From Azolla caroliniana (Eukaryota > Plantae > Polypodiophyta): a stretch of 64,000 nucleotides of DNA. Below the pieces are notes generated by a model. That model was given only the letters and a program-made list of their open reading frames with translations, was not told where the DNA came from and ran no database searches. The position numbers were made by a program, and so were the translations under genes. Below, piece by piece: positions 27,051 to 38,874 of this stretch. Where the stretch lies: positions 23,746,001 through 23,810,000 of the forward strand of contig JBHGNT010000003.1 in the NCBI GenBank assembly GCA_043228905.1, in the 5' to 3' direction. Every line of letters starts with the position of its first letter. The first letter of the stretch is position 1.

Positions 27051-27496
27051 TTACATGCTCATTTGTAGTTTGGGAGGAGTAGACCATAAAAATCTTGGAG
27101 ATATGGTGTACAAATATGTGTAGTTCTTGTTTATACACATCAAATCGCCTATGATGTGAGTACAATGGAGTCGGTTGGTATAGTGGTTTATCCAACACAA
27201 TTTTGTATTTCTTATGATTATATAATACCAAGGCGTATCTCTTTAGGGTGGGGAAACAACATAAAATAAGGAAAACATATTCTCAAGTTTCAACTATGAC
27301 ACATGGGTGAAAAACATGAATGAATGCTCTATTAAGAATGTGCAGAGAATAAAATGTTATGATATCATTGTCAAAAATATGGCAAATACACATTCACATT
27401 TTTTGCCTCCATATGGATCAAACTAAAAATGGTTGCCAACCAAAGTCGTGATGTGATCAATGTCAATGTTTAGTAGCACCCCCCCCCCCCTCACAA

Positions 27497-28275
27497 TGTC
27501 GCGTTATTACGCGCGTGCGTGTAGAAGGGCGGGACCACGGGGGTCTCAGACTAGGGAAGAAAGGAGAACGAGAAGACGATTCTGGGCGCGTTCCGAAAGC
27601 AACCGAACGGGAGAGAGAAAGAGAGAGAGAGCGCGCTTGACACCGACTCACACCCACACACACAAACACCACGCCGACCCAACTCACGCCCTTATGTACA
27701 GAAGCGGAGGTAAGAGAACACCAAAAACACCCACACAAACACCAGACCCCAACAGAGACATGAATATGCACAGATAGACGCAAATGTATATATATAAAGG
27801 GAGGAATACATTCCCGGCTTCGAGACGGACCAAGGTAGGTTACAACAGTCGTCTGCTGCCAAGCCGCCGGTCGGGGAGCTCACGGGCTTATCGCGCCGAG
27901 CGGGGTCTTGCGCAGGAGACGAGATGAAGCAAACCCTAACAAACACAAAGGGGGGGGGGGGGGGGGGGGAAGAAGAAGAGGAAGAAGAAATGTAACTAAC
28001 CCTAAAACTAACGGTATACCCTCTAACGCAAAATGGGCAACCCCCTTCACAAAGGGCGCTCCCTTCCTTTTATAGAACAAGGAGAGGGATGCGTTACAAT
28101 GTGGGATAAATCCCGATTTACATGGGATCGTTTGTCCCGACTTGACTACTCTTCGGCACCATAAAGGCGCCCTCGTTATTCACACTAAATGTACAAGGGT
28201 GAGCGCACATGCTGCACCCCGCCGATGTAGCCAATATTTCCCGATTTCCGCCTCTGGCCGAAATTCTTCACGACA
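27497..28275 (-). mobile_element. Solo LTR, same family as the element at 30627-36500 (diverged copy)
   Basis: TGTCG...CGACA termini, perfect 4-bp TSD ACAA/ACAA, and clear similarity along its length to both LTRs of the full element. Confidence 0.93.
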
Positions 28276-29439
28276 ACAAGACCAACAAATGAGAGCTACA
28301 CCATATCCCATCATAATACTTGCTCTTATTGCCAACTAAGTCTCTCATTGTTCTTTCTTATCTACCCCTTGGATTGAGCTCCCTTGAGGGATGCTTCTCA
28401 CACATCCTCACAATCACATAGGGGCACACATGATGCACCTTTCTTGATGGATGTCGTCTACACCATAAATGTGATTTGTGTTTAAAAAAAAAACACAATT
28501 TTATATTAATAAATGTGTGTGAAAAACACTACAATGACACTTTTATGAGCATAAATCAAAACTACAAAGGCATGATAGAGAGTTAAATCCATGACCTCTT
28601 CAAAGAGGATATGTAATTTTAAACTATTAAATAATATTACATAATAATTTGATAACATTTGATTACTTAGAATATATATATAATATTATGAAATGTTGCC
28701 TCCTCACACAGGCTAATGTGTGATCACCTAGTGGCATCCTTGCATGAATGTCAAGTGGCGATCTTGTACGTTTGCAAGAGCATGCACATGTCTAGAGTCA
28801 CGTAGGATCATGGCACATGGCAACACTCAATGAAATGAGGACCTATATTGCAATCATAAAATGACTAATTAAGCTAATGAATGAGACATACTTCTCCATT
28901 GGAACGTTGTGAGATGATGAGGCTCTTGGGTGGAAAGGCTCCACTTTCTTTCACTTAACGATATATTTATTTACTTAACAATTACTTGTATCCTGAACAA
29001 TAAGGTCAAATCAAAGAATGTTAAGGATGTTGTGAAGGTCATCCAACATCAAAGATGGTGTCTTGCTCATTGGCTTGTCATCATGACTTTTATGCTTGTT
29101 GTCAAGGGGGTTATAAAATGGTAATAATACCAAAATGTGAAACTCTAGTCAAGCAACTTAACATATAGTTCACTAAGTTGAATGGCAAGTTAACAACTCA
29201 TAATGAAATGCATAAAAGTCACTTGAATGGTGCAATTGCAAAGAGAAACACGAGAAAATAATGAGAGTCATTTGTAATTACCTCGGGGTTGGTCACCCCA
29301 CGCTCAAGAACATTGACCACACTCCTCAGCTATTCGACCTACACATCAACATGCCAAAATCATGATGAGCATAACCTTCATGACAAAAGTCTTAGTATTG
29401 GCCATCCGTCTCATTGTGAATATTGAGTAGTTGATGGCA

Positions 29440-30000
29440 GACCAAAAGACTGTGGGAACAAACAACCTTGGAGCTTGTCCAAAGCTATCAAGAGTTGAAG
29501 CAACTTGTGACATAGTTGATAATCAATTCGGCCGCAAGCCCCTTATCCATGAAGCATAGAAAACCAACCACTATGTGGAGTTCAATTTCGGAAACAATGG
29601 ACGTCCAGATGCAATAAACAACTTAACTTGACGGAGGTCAATGTGGAGATGGCCGCCAAATTGCAACTACTCCAAGAAGTAACAAGTAACATTGTGTCTC
29701 TTATGACCACAAGAAAATTTGTCCACATCTAACCAACCAAAAGATGTGGGAACAAACCACCTTGGAGCTTGTCCAAAGTCATGAAGAGTTGAAGCAACTC
29801 CTAGTTTTGTCGCATCTACTTTGGTCACAACCCCCTTACCACAAAGAACATACAAAGCCACCCATTTCATTGAGGGCATCTCAATAATAGTGGATGCCTA
29901 AGTGAACCAAATCACCTATCTTGGAGGAGGTGAAGGTGGAGTTGGTTACCTAAGAGAAGATGCTCCAGGAAGTAACATTGTAGAAACATGTCTCACTGAC
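29440..30000. repeat. Degenerate tandem duplication (~295-bp period) in TE-like DNA
   Basis: caaaaga-tgtgggaacaaacMaccttggagcttgtccaaag...aagagttgaagcaact occurs near 29442 and 29738. Confidence 0.75.
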
Positions 30001-30626
30001 CAAAGCAAATGTTCTCCACACTCAACAAGAACAATATAAAGCTTCAAAGTTGCATGATCAACTCACAACTAAAATGGTGATCCACATTAAATGGTGTATG
30101 CTCTTGATTGAGTTCTAAGTAGTGGATTCCCATTGAGAAGGGTCTCACGACCGAGGACATGGCTCCACAAGACGCCCATGATGCAACTAGTATCCATGAC
30201 ACAAATCATCACACAATAGTTGAAACTCATGATGATGGTAGAAGAGGACTATCACCACTTGGGTGGAATCACATTCGATCTTACGATCTATGCAATGTCA
30301 TATGACCTATTATATAATCCTCCACATTAACACTAATAATGCCAATGTTGATTGACAATCAAGCAATATGGGTCCTGACTTGAAACGAAAATGACAAGTA
30401 ATATGATCAAAGATATAACCCTTAGAAATGGTTGAACAAGAGATAATATTCTTTTGAACAATAATATCAAAGACAATGGACTACACATCAGCCTCCCATA
30501 TACAACGATGGAAACAAGACACTTGTTAGTAATTGTTAATTTGAGCATTGGCCCAAAATGGTTGGAAAATGCATCTTGGAAGGGTGAGAGGGTTATATGA
30601 GTATTCCAAACCAAGTCTAAAAACTT

Positions 30627-31421
30627 TGTCGCGTTGTTACGCGCGTGCGTGGAGAAAGGCGGGACCACGAGGGTCTTGGACTAGGGAGTGACGGAGCGTA
30701 GGAAGTCGTACTTCACCGTTTCCGGGGCATCCCAGAAGCACACCGGAAGCAACCGAAGGGAGAGAGAGAAAGAGAGAAAGCGCGCGCTTAACACCGGCTC
30801 ACGCACACACACGCACACACACACATAGGCCGACCCGACTCACGCCCTTATGTACAGGAAACGCAGGAAAGGGGAAGCACCCGACACCAACAGAGACGCG
30901 AATATGCACAGACAAACGCAAATGTATATATATAAAGGGAAGAATACATTCCCGGCTTCGAGCTGGACCATGGTAGGGTAGGTTACAACAGCAGTCTACT
31001 GCCAAGCCGCCGCCCGGGGAGCTCTCGGGCTCGTCACGCAGAGTGGGGTCTTGCACAGGAGACCGAGCAGAAACTACGCTCAACGGTCGACCTCCCCGCG
31101 AAGGAGAAGAAGAAGAAGAAGAAGAAGAAGCAGAAAAAAAAACTAACCCTAAATGTAACGGTATACCCTCTAACGCAAAATGGGCAACCCCTTCACAAAG
31201 GGCGCTCCCTTCCTTTTATAGAACAAGGAGAGGGATGCGTTACAATGTGGGATAAATCCCAACTTACATGGGATCGTCTGTCCCGACTCGACTACTCTTC
31301 GGCGCCATAAAGGCGCCCTCGTTATTCCCACTAAATGTACAAGGGTGAGCACACATGCTGCACCCCGCCGATGTAGCCAATGTTTCCCGGTTTCTGCCTC
31401 TGGCCGAAATTCTTCACGACA
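30627..31421 (-). repeat. 3' LTR of the Gag-only element
   Basis: Near-identical to 35681-36500 and preceded on the minus strand by the PPT. Confidence 0.95.
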
Positions 31422-31435
31422 TCCGCCCCCACCTA
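31422..31435 (-). other. Polypurine tract
   Basis: TAGGTGGGGGCGGA lies immediately before the TG of the 3' LTR on the minus strand. Confidence 0.8.
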
Positions 31436-31799
31436 ACCGCACGTCCACCGGTACGTGCCAAACCCGGTGAAGGGTGAGAGATTTCGGCCGGTGAGGAATC
31501 GGTCTTCCGTAATCCGCATCCCGGCTCGCTGCGAGTTTGATCCGTCGGCTTCGGTTCTTCCTTCGTGCTTACCTCCCCGTAGGCTCGTTCGACCCGTTGA
31601 TGGGTCCTCTGCCGCGATCTCCGTAGTCCGCATACTTCCGCTGGCCCTTGTTCTGCCGTATGAACGCCCCGCTCCCCACCGTATGCCCGATGTCCTCCGC
31701 TTGAGGAACACCCGTAGTGGCCCGCTTGGCCTCCGTTGACCATTCGTGATGTCCTGATTGCCGTCCCATGTTGTTTCGCGTTGCCTTCGTCCTCTCGTC

Positions 31800-34700
31800 A
31801 CCACCTTCCTTCTCCATGGTCTTACATCGCCGCGTCGGCTCGAATCGCCATGGTCTCCGGAACGGTGTGGAGGATCCCTTTCTGGCCTTCTACGCGCTAC
31901 CTCCGAACCGCACAACCTATCTCCGCGCTCGCCTTTCCGCTCCGGCACCTCCGTGTGCCACATACCCTCGTCCGTTGTTTGGCACTGTCTGTGCCGTACT
32001 CCGGTTCATTGCACGCCTTGTCGGCCCCTTTCCCGGCCAGATCGTGCATCGCCGCTCACCCGCATACTGGTGTCCTTCGCATCCGAGGAACACCCCGTAG
32101 TAGCCCGCTTGGCCCTTCCCGTCTTCGTGGTGCTGCAACAGGTCCTGAGTCTTCCGCTTGCCGTCGTCCCCTCGCCCCCACCAGCTTGTCACCCCGGGCT
32201 TGCCATGTCAGTCCTCACTACTTCAACGGAGCTCCCGAGATCTACGAAGCGAGTGTGGAGGATCCTCCTCCGGCCTCTCTTGTCATCCCCTGACTCCGAT
32301 CCTGTGCAGTCCACTACGCACTCGTCACCTCGTTTCCAACACCTCCCTTGTGCCGTCTTCCGCTTCCTTTGTTCGGCTCCGCCCGCGCCGAACACCGTCC
32401 CACAGTCACGCTTCGATCCGGCCCGCGATGGCCACTTGCGAGACTCTTGTTCCGTCCCAGGTGTGCCTTTCCGGCCTGACATACCTCCCCGTGTTTGCCC
32501 CTACCGGCTCCTTCCGAAACCGTAACCGGCCGGTGAGGGTTTCGCACTTCGTCCGCCCTGTTTTACTGGCTCCCTATCCGCTACCTCGTGTCGTTGGGTC
32601 TCGTTCCTTGCCGCCACCGTCCTTCTCCCTAGGTCTCACGTTGCCACGTTGGCCGAACTGCCGGGGTCTCTGGATCAGTATGAGGGTCCCATAGGACCGG
32701 TCTTCGTTTCTAGGCTTGCCGAAATTCGGGTGTCTTTTGTCGGAGTCCTTCACGACTCTCCTCGTGTCTTCCGCGTAGCCGGGTTCCGTCTTCGTGTTGC
32801 CAGGTCCCGTTTCCCACCGCCACCAACCTTCTCTCTCGGTCTCATGTTGCCACGTCGGCCGAACTGCCGGAGTCTCTGGTTCGATGTGGGTATCCCGTAG
32901 GACCGGACTTCCTTACGCCCACTCACCTCGCCGGAAGGTTTGACATGGTCCATAGCCGCCTTGCCGGCCTCATACCTCCTTGCCGTCTTTCACCTCCTAT
33001 CGTCCGATCACGTTCTCTTGTCGCCACCGATCTCCCTTAAAGGACTCACGCCGGCTCTTGGGCCGACCGCCGGATCGGTGTGAGTGTCTTCGTGGGACTT
33101 CCCCTCCTGGCTTCGGTTGCCCGCCTTGCCGCCACCACCGTTCCTTACTCTAGGTCTCACGCCTCCTCTTGTCGTTGGCTGGCGGAGTCTCTAGAATCGG
33201 TGTGTGTAAGGTCTCAGTTGCACCGCTCTGCCTCCGCCATCCTCTTCTGTTGGTCACGTTCACCTGCCGCCACCATCCTTTCCTATAGGACTCACGCCGG
33301 CTCTCGGGCCGACCGCCGGATCGGTGTGAGGATCTCCGTGGACCGCCCATCTGTAGCCCTTTGCCTTCGTCCCCTCGCCGCCACCGTCAGTATCTTGGTC
33401 TTACGTCGACCGCGTTGCCAATTGCCGAAGTCTCTAGAACCGGTGTGAAGGATCCCCCTTGGGCCTCTGATTTGTCTTCCGGACCCTGTCCCGGGTCGTC
33501 CTTTTCCGCATGCCGAGAGGGCGGTTTACTCCGCACCCTCTCCCATGGTACCGATGTACCGTGTCCTCGGCCTCTTCGTAGGCCTACTCTCTTCCTCCCT
33601 CCCGGAATGGTCATTTGGGAGTCCGCTCCGCCCGGTTCTAGTCCGGGTCCGTTCGTCATTCTCCGGATTACCGAGTCTCGTTCTCCTGTCGCCACCAGCC
33701 TTCTCCCTAGGTCTCACGTTGCCACGTTGGCCGAACTGCCGGGGCCTCCGAATTGGTGTGGGGATCCTGTAGGACCGGTCTTCGTTCTCCTCTTCATCCC
33801 TTGTACTTCTCCCGAACTCGTCGTTTCTCTCCTTCTCGAGTACTCGCCTTCATCTCCCATCTCTCTAGGTCTCACGTTGGCGCTCGTTACCGGCTGCCTG
33901 AGTCTCCGGATAAGGCGTGGTGCTTCCGTCCCATAACGATTTGCGGACGCTCGTTCGGGGTACTGCTCCCAAGTACGTTCGGTGAGAAGCATCTGGTCTG
34001 TGATCAACCAAGCCCCGCATGGGCTTGGTTCTCCAATATCCGTAGTTTCGGTTCTGATGCCGACCTCTCCGGACTCGTTCCGAACCCTTGACCACTTCCC
34101 TTCCAATTCCCGACCTTCGCCCGGTCGGTCTTTCTCCCCATGTAAAAGAGGGCGGCTCGTCCCGCACCCTCTCCCGTATCGGCACCTTCATGCCGATTCT
34201 GGCCCCGATTGAACAATCCACGACCAGATTACGCTCCACCCGTACCGGAGCGTCGCGTGGTTCTGTTCCCGGTCGGGTCGTTCCTTGGTCTCCTCGTCGC
34301 CCCTTTCGTTGGCCATCTCCCATCCATCTTCGTTGGCATTGTGCCAAGACTCCTCGGTACCGCCATCCATCTCCTCGGTCTTACATGGGCATACGGGCCC
34401 GAATGCCGAGCTCTCCGGAATCGGGTCCGTGGGTTTTCGTCTGCTCCTTCCCCGTATCGTCTCGCCGGTGATTCTTGGTCTTTCGCCACCGCCTTCCTCC
34501 GCTTGGGACTCACGTGGGCACTCGGGCCCGACTGCCATCGTCTCGGGAGCAAGTGTGGGAAGACACAAAGAATCGCCCGTCCGTTTTACCCTTGTCCGTA
34601 GCCACCGACTCTTCGTGGTCGGCGGTCGTCTTCTTACCGATCGCGCAAGCCCCGCCTGGGCTTGCTTCTCCGATTTCTGGGGTTTCAGGCTGACACGCCC

Positions 34701-34880
34701 GAAACCGTTGGTCCCAACTATCCGGTTCCGCGATCTGTATCTCAGCCTCGTCCTTGGCCGTTCTATCTCCGCAAGTCGAGAGGGCGTTTTGTTCCGCACC
34801 CTCTTCTGTGGTACCGTCGTACCGATCTTTCGCCTTCTCGTGGGGCAAGACCATCTCCTCGGTCTTAGCTTGGGGCCTCG
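31800..34880 (-). repeat. Internal hierarchical repeat array of the LTR element
   Basis: The core gccacc...ggWctYacR...gccg...ctcYRga...gtgtg recurs near 31818, 32631, 32838, 33041, 33152, 33287, 33397, 33710, 33867, 34377 and 34506. A longer block (gagggcg..ccgcaccctct..tggtaccg) recurs at ~33517, 34148 and 34780, a ~630-bp period. Confidence 0.85.
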
Positions 34881-35643
34881 ATCTCTCCTCTTCCTCGAGC
34901 ATCGCCTCGAGAGCTGCGTACGCCTCCGCAATCCGGGCCTCAACGCCGACCCTTGCCAACTCCCTTTCCTGTTCGGCCTCTTCCCGCTGTGATGGCACAC
35001 TGTCGTGCGCCTTCCTCTTAGCCTTCTCGGCTCGCTCATCGTCTAGCCGTTGGCACACCCTTCCGACCTTCGACCAGTCCTCCGTAAGCCCATTCGCTCC
35101 GTCATCGTCTTCGAGCTCCATCCCGATGGCCTCCCGTTCCGCTCGGTCGATCGACCTGACGTACAATAGGACCTTGTCCGTCCCCACCAAACCTTGTTCC
35201 CGCTCCGGGAGCCGAGCAAGCCGTCGCTCGAACTCTCGGAATGCCTTCGTCGCGCCCCGGTGGGTCTTTGCCGATGCGACCCACTGGTCGAAGTCGTGTC
35301 GTCCTCGGCTCTTCCGCCGTCCTCCATATGCCTGCAGGAGCGCCTCTTCAAAGGCCTCCCACGAACTATGAGCTTGTCGGAGCTCCTTTACTTCCGCGTG
35401 CACACGGACGGCGACAGCCCGACAGAAGAATTCCAGCCTCAACGCTTCGTCCACGTCTTGCTCCTCCATTTCCGCGTTGTAGGCTTCCAAGTAAGATGGG
35501 ACTTTGTCCCCGCTGAAACGACCGACTCTTTCGACCACTCGCTCAACCGCTTGTTGCGCTACTTCTCGCCTCATCACCACTCGTGCCGACTCCAACACCA
35601 CTTCGGCCACCATCGCCGCGAGGTCGTCGTCTTCCGACTCCAT
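34510..35643 (-). CDS. gag: Retrotransposon Gag-like protein (377 aa)
   Basis: ATG lies just downstream of the PBS. RFSGDKVPSYLEAY...RLEFF...WEAFEEALLQAY...FDQWV resembles a Ty3/Gypsy capsid domain, followed by a low-complexity tail. Confidence 0.8.
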   Translation of the reverse strand: MESEDDDLAAMVAEVVLESARVVMRREVAQQAVERVVERVGRFSGDKVPSYLEAYNAEMEEQDVDEALRLEFFCRAVAVRVHAEVKELRQAHSSWEAFEEALLQAYGGRRKSRGRHDFDQWVASAKTHRGATKAFREFERRLARLPEREQGLVGTDKVLLYVRSIDRAEREAIGMELEDDDGANGLTEDWSKVGRVCQRLDDERAEKAKRKAHDSVPSQREEAEQERELARVGVEARIAEAYAALEAMLEEEERSRPQAKTEEMVLPHEKAKDRYDGTTEEGAEQNALSTCGDRTAKDEAEIQIAEPDSWDQRFRACQPETPEIGEASPGGACAIGKKTTADHEESVATDKGKTDGRFFVSSHTCSRDDGSRARVPT

Positions 35644-35658
35644 CCTCCCTTGCCGCCT

Positions 35659-35676
35659 TTCACGTCGAGTTCACCA
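35659..35676 (-). other. Primer binding site complementary to the tRNA-Trp 3' end
   Basis: The + strand reads TTCACGTCGAGTTCACCA, versus the plant tRNA-Trp 3' end TTCACGTCGGGTTCACCA as recalled (one mismatch). It lies 4 nt from the LTR. Confidence 0.8.
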
Positions 35677-35680
35677 AAGA

Positions 35681-36500
35681 TGTCGCGTTGTTACGCGCGT
35701 GCATGGAGAAAGGCGGGACCATGAGGTTCTTGGACTAGGGAGTGACGGAGCGTAGGAAGTCGTACTTCACCGTTTCCGGGGCATCCCAGAAGCACACCAG
35801 AAGCAACCGAAGGGAGAGAGAGAAAGAGAGAAAGCGCGCGCTTAACACCGGCTCACGCACACACACGCACGCACACACACACACACATAGGCCGACCCGA
35901 CTCACGCCCTTATGTACAGGAAACGCAAGAAAGGGGAAGCACCCGACACCAACACAGACGCGAATATGCACAGACAAACGCAAATGTATATATATAAAGG
36001 GAAGAATACATTCCCAGCTTCGAGCCGGACCATGGTAGGCTAGGTTACAACAGCAGTCTACTGCCAAGCCGTCGTCCGGGGAGCTCTCGGGCTCGTCACG
36101 CAGAGCGGGGTCTTGCACAGGAGACCGAGCAGAAACATCCCTCAGCGGTCGACCTCCCCACGAAGGAGAAGAAGAATAAGAATAAGAAGAAGCAGAAAAA
36201 AAAAAACTAACCCTAAATGTAACAGTCCTAAATGTAACGGTATACCCTCTAACGCAAAATGGGCAACCCCTTCACAAAGGGCGCTCCCTTCCTTTTATAG
36301 AACAAGGAGAGGGATGCGTTACAATGTGGGATAAATCCCGACTTACATGGGATCGTCTGTCCCGACTTGACTACTCTTCGGCGCCATAAAGGCACCCTCG
36401 TTATTCTCACTAAATGTACAAGGGTGAGCACACATGCTGCACCCCTCCGATGTAGCCAATGTTTCCCGGTTTCCGCCTCTGGCCAAAATTCTTCACGACA
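35681..36500 (-). repeat. 5' LTR of the Gag-only element
   Basis: TG...CA termini, TATAAAAG on the minus strand at ~36292-36299, telo-box-like AACCCTAA, and GA/CA/GAA microsatellites. Confidence 0.95.
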
Positions 36501-38874
36501 ACGTAAACATAGCCAAGGATTTAAGGAAGTACCCACAACTTAAAACTTGAAAATAAGAATATAGAATGGAGTCACAAATGGGCCATAACATATTAAGATG
36601 GGTGATCAAACCATTGTGTTAGTATATTAAATAGTTGGGGGTATCAATGAGACCCACACAATAAAAGATTGCATAACAAGTTGAAATCTATAGAACCATA
36701 AGCAATATTAACATGTTGGAAAACATGTTGTCTTTTAGCTTTACTAGGGATGAAGAATCAGTAATAATCCCATGTTTAATTAGTAAAATATATAAACTAA
36801 CTACTAAAGGATCTACATCCTTACAAGATTCGTGTCACAAAAATAAACCAGATAAGTGTATTCGAGCATTGTCCTTTGAGGTAAAATATGATGGGTTAGA
36901 TTGTAGTGAAACAATTTCACAATTATTCTCAATGTTCAAGAATTTTACTAATGAAAGTCGAGGAAGAGCGTATTTTTGGCTACACCAAGAGAGGCGTTCA
37001 AAGATAATATAGATATTTATGTATGTGCAGTTTGTCCTCGAGTTGAGCACTGAGAAAAAATATTTCTATTGATTTTTTATATCTTCATACAGTTCATGAC
37101 AAGCTCATCAATGAATATCAACCTAAATAAATTGACCTAAATAAATACTCATATATATATACTGTATATGAAACACAAGATCCATCTATGTACACTAAAG
37201 AAAAAGAAGGGGGAGGGACCTAGTTCTTCTATGTGCAATGATTTCGTTGGTTCATTTAATGCTTGAAAAGTATCTCCAAGGTAAACAAAAATCGATATCA
37301 TTACTACATAAACTTACATGTTCAAACAAGAAGAAAGAAATAGAAATTCTTGGGTTTCACTACGAAAAGTAACTACACAACCGAGTGGACCTCCCATTCA
37401 GTTGAGCCCAACGTAATAGTTCGAGCAATGCTAATCTTCTTTTGTGTTGGACACTCAGTAAAGATCCTAAAAGTTTGAATAGTATTATAGTTGTACATTA
37501 ACAAATAAAAAGTGTATTAAGCACTATGTATTATGAAAATGAAAACAAACACAAACCTAAGCCTTCACATTTACGGAGATTAAAACAATAAGGTACTGTT
37601 AAACTGAAACTCATCTTGATAAAAATAAGTATGGAACCAAACCTCTGTTGCAAAGGTATGCAAAATGCATCTTCTCAAAATTTCTCAGAAAGACGCTCAT
37701 TATAGGCAAATGCTAGAGTAGAAGTTTCCTCCACAAGATTCTATTGATAATGTGGCTACAAACTTTTCTCAACTTTGGCAAACATAAGTATAGTTTGCCT
37801 CAAGTGTTTTTTAAAACTATCAATGATGTTAATTTCCGAATACTAGTGCATGATTAAGTTGAACCCTTTAACTTTATAAATGAATATATATATTTTGCAA
37901 TAGTTGTTGTTTAAAAAGCATATCAATCCTTGTAATATTACATTTTGTACCATCATGAAAAAAAATTCAATGTCACTAAAAGTTTATCATTTTTGTACCA
38001 TTTTGTAATATTGCATTTTATCTTCCCAAATGGCCTTATGTTTTTATCATTCTCTCCAAATGCCCCCATAATCTCATTATATCACTATGCCCTTGGCCAC
38101 AAATGGTTTATTGGCCCGATTACTATCATTCATGGTTTAAGGGCTGATCGATGGACAATTCAAATTTTTCCTCTCCAGTGTATATTCTACTTGGTTTTGT
38201 TATCCACAAGTATGTTAATGTCAAATAATTACTTTGCAAATGTATTTTGTAGTATCCAGAAATATATTCATGTCAAATAATTACATTGAGGATGCATTTA
38301 ATAGCTTAATTATGAGATTTTAACAATAAAATAGTGAGGCTACAACTTCATGATTACATATAAGAATTTTAGAGGCATATAATGTCCAAACACCACACAC
38401 AATAATCAACACATCTATGCATCTACTCTTATCTCACTCTGAAAATCTATAATGGAATGCCATCAATGTGTCATATGAAAAAACAATTATCTACCACAAA
38501 CAAAACTAAGTTTTGTTGTACTCACTTTGCACATGCAAGTAAATGCACATTTCTTATTATGAAATACTTTGGTTAACTGATAAAAAAGAATGAATGTATG
38601 CATTTGCTCTTTGGCAGTAGACTGCTTTACTTAAACAAGGAGATTTTGGTACACTTAGAATAAAATATTTAAACCAAGTACGCATGAAACATAGTATCGG
38701 CCAAATTATGGGCCTATGAGACATTTACAAGTCTCAATGACACTAGACAATATCTTCTTCATCACAATGGTGAAATGTTTTATTAAAGAATGTTTAACCT
38801 GTCTCCCTGGCATTGAAGAAAATTCAAGGATCAGACAACTCGTCAGAAAATACAAGCATGGGAATATATCCGCC

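Larger units (their letters stand above)
30627..36500 (-). mobile_element. Non-autonomous Gag-only LTR retrotransposon (Ty3/Gypsy-like, TR-GAG type), 5874 bp
   Basis: LTRs at 30627-31421 and 35681-36500 (TG...CA). PBS at 35659-35676, PPT at 31422-31435, flanks ACTT/ACGT (4-bp TSD with one mismatch). One Gag-like ORF; no RT, RNase H or integrase motifs seen. Confidence 0.92.

Noticed and set aside
31800-34880. Repeat-spacer pattern suggesting a CRISPR-like array
   Set aside because: The repeats are degenerate, the spacers are related to each other and irregular, the array lies inside a plant LTR element, and there are no cas genes.
31414-35724. Dozens of overlapping ORFs on both strands
   Set aside because: These are a by-product of high GC and repetition. 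Only the minus-strand Gag ORF has recognisable homology and a proper position after the PBS.
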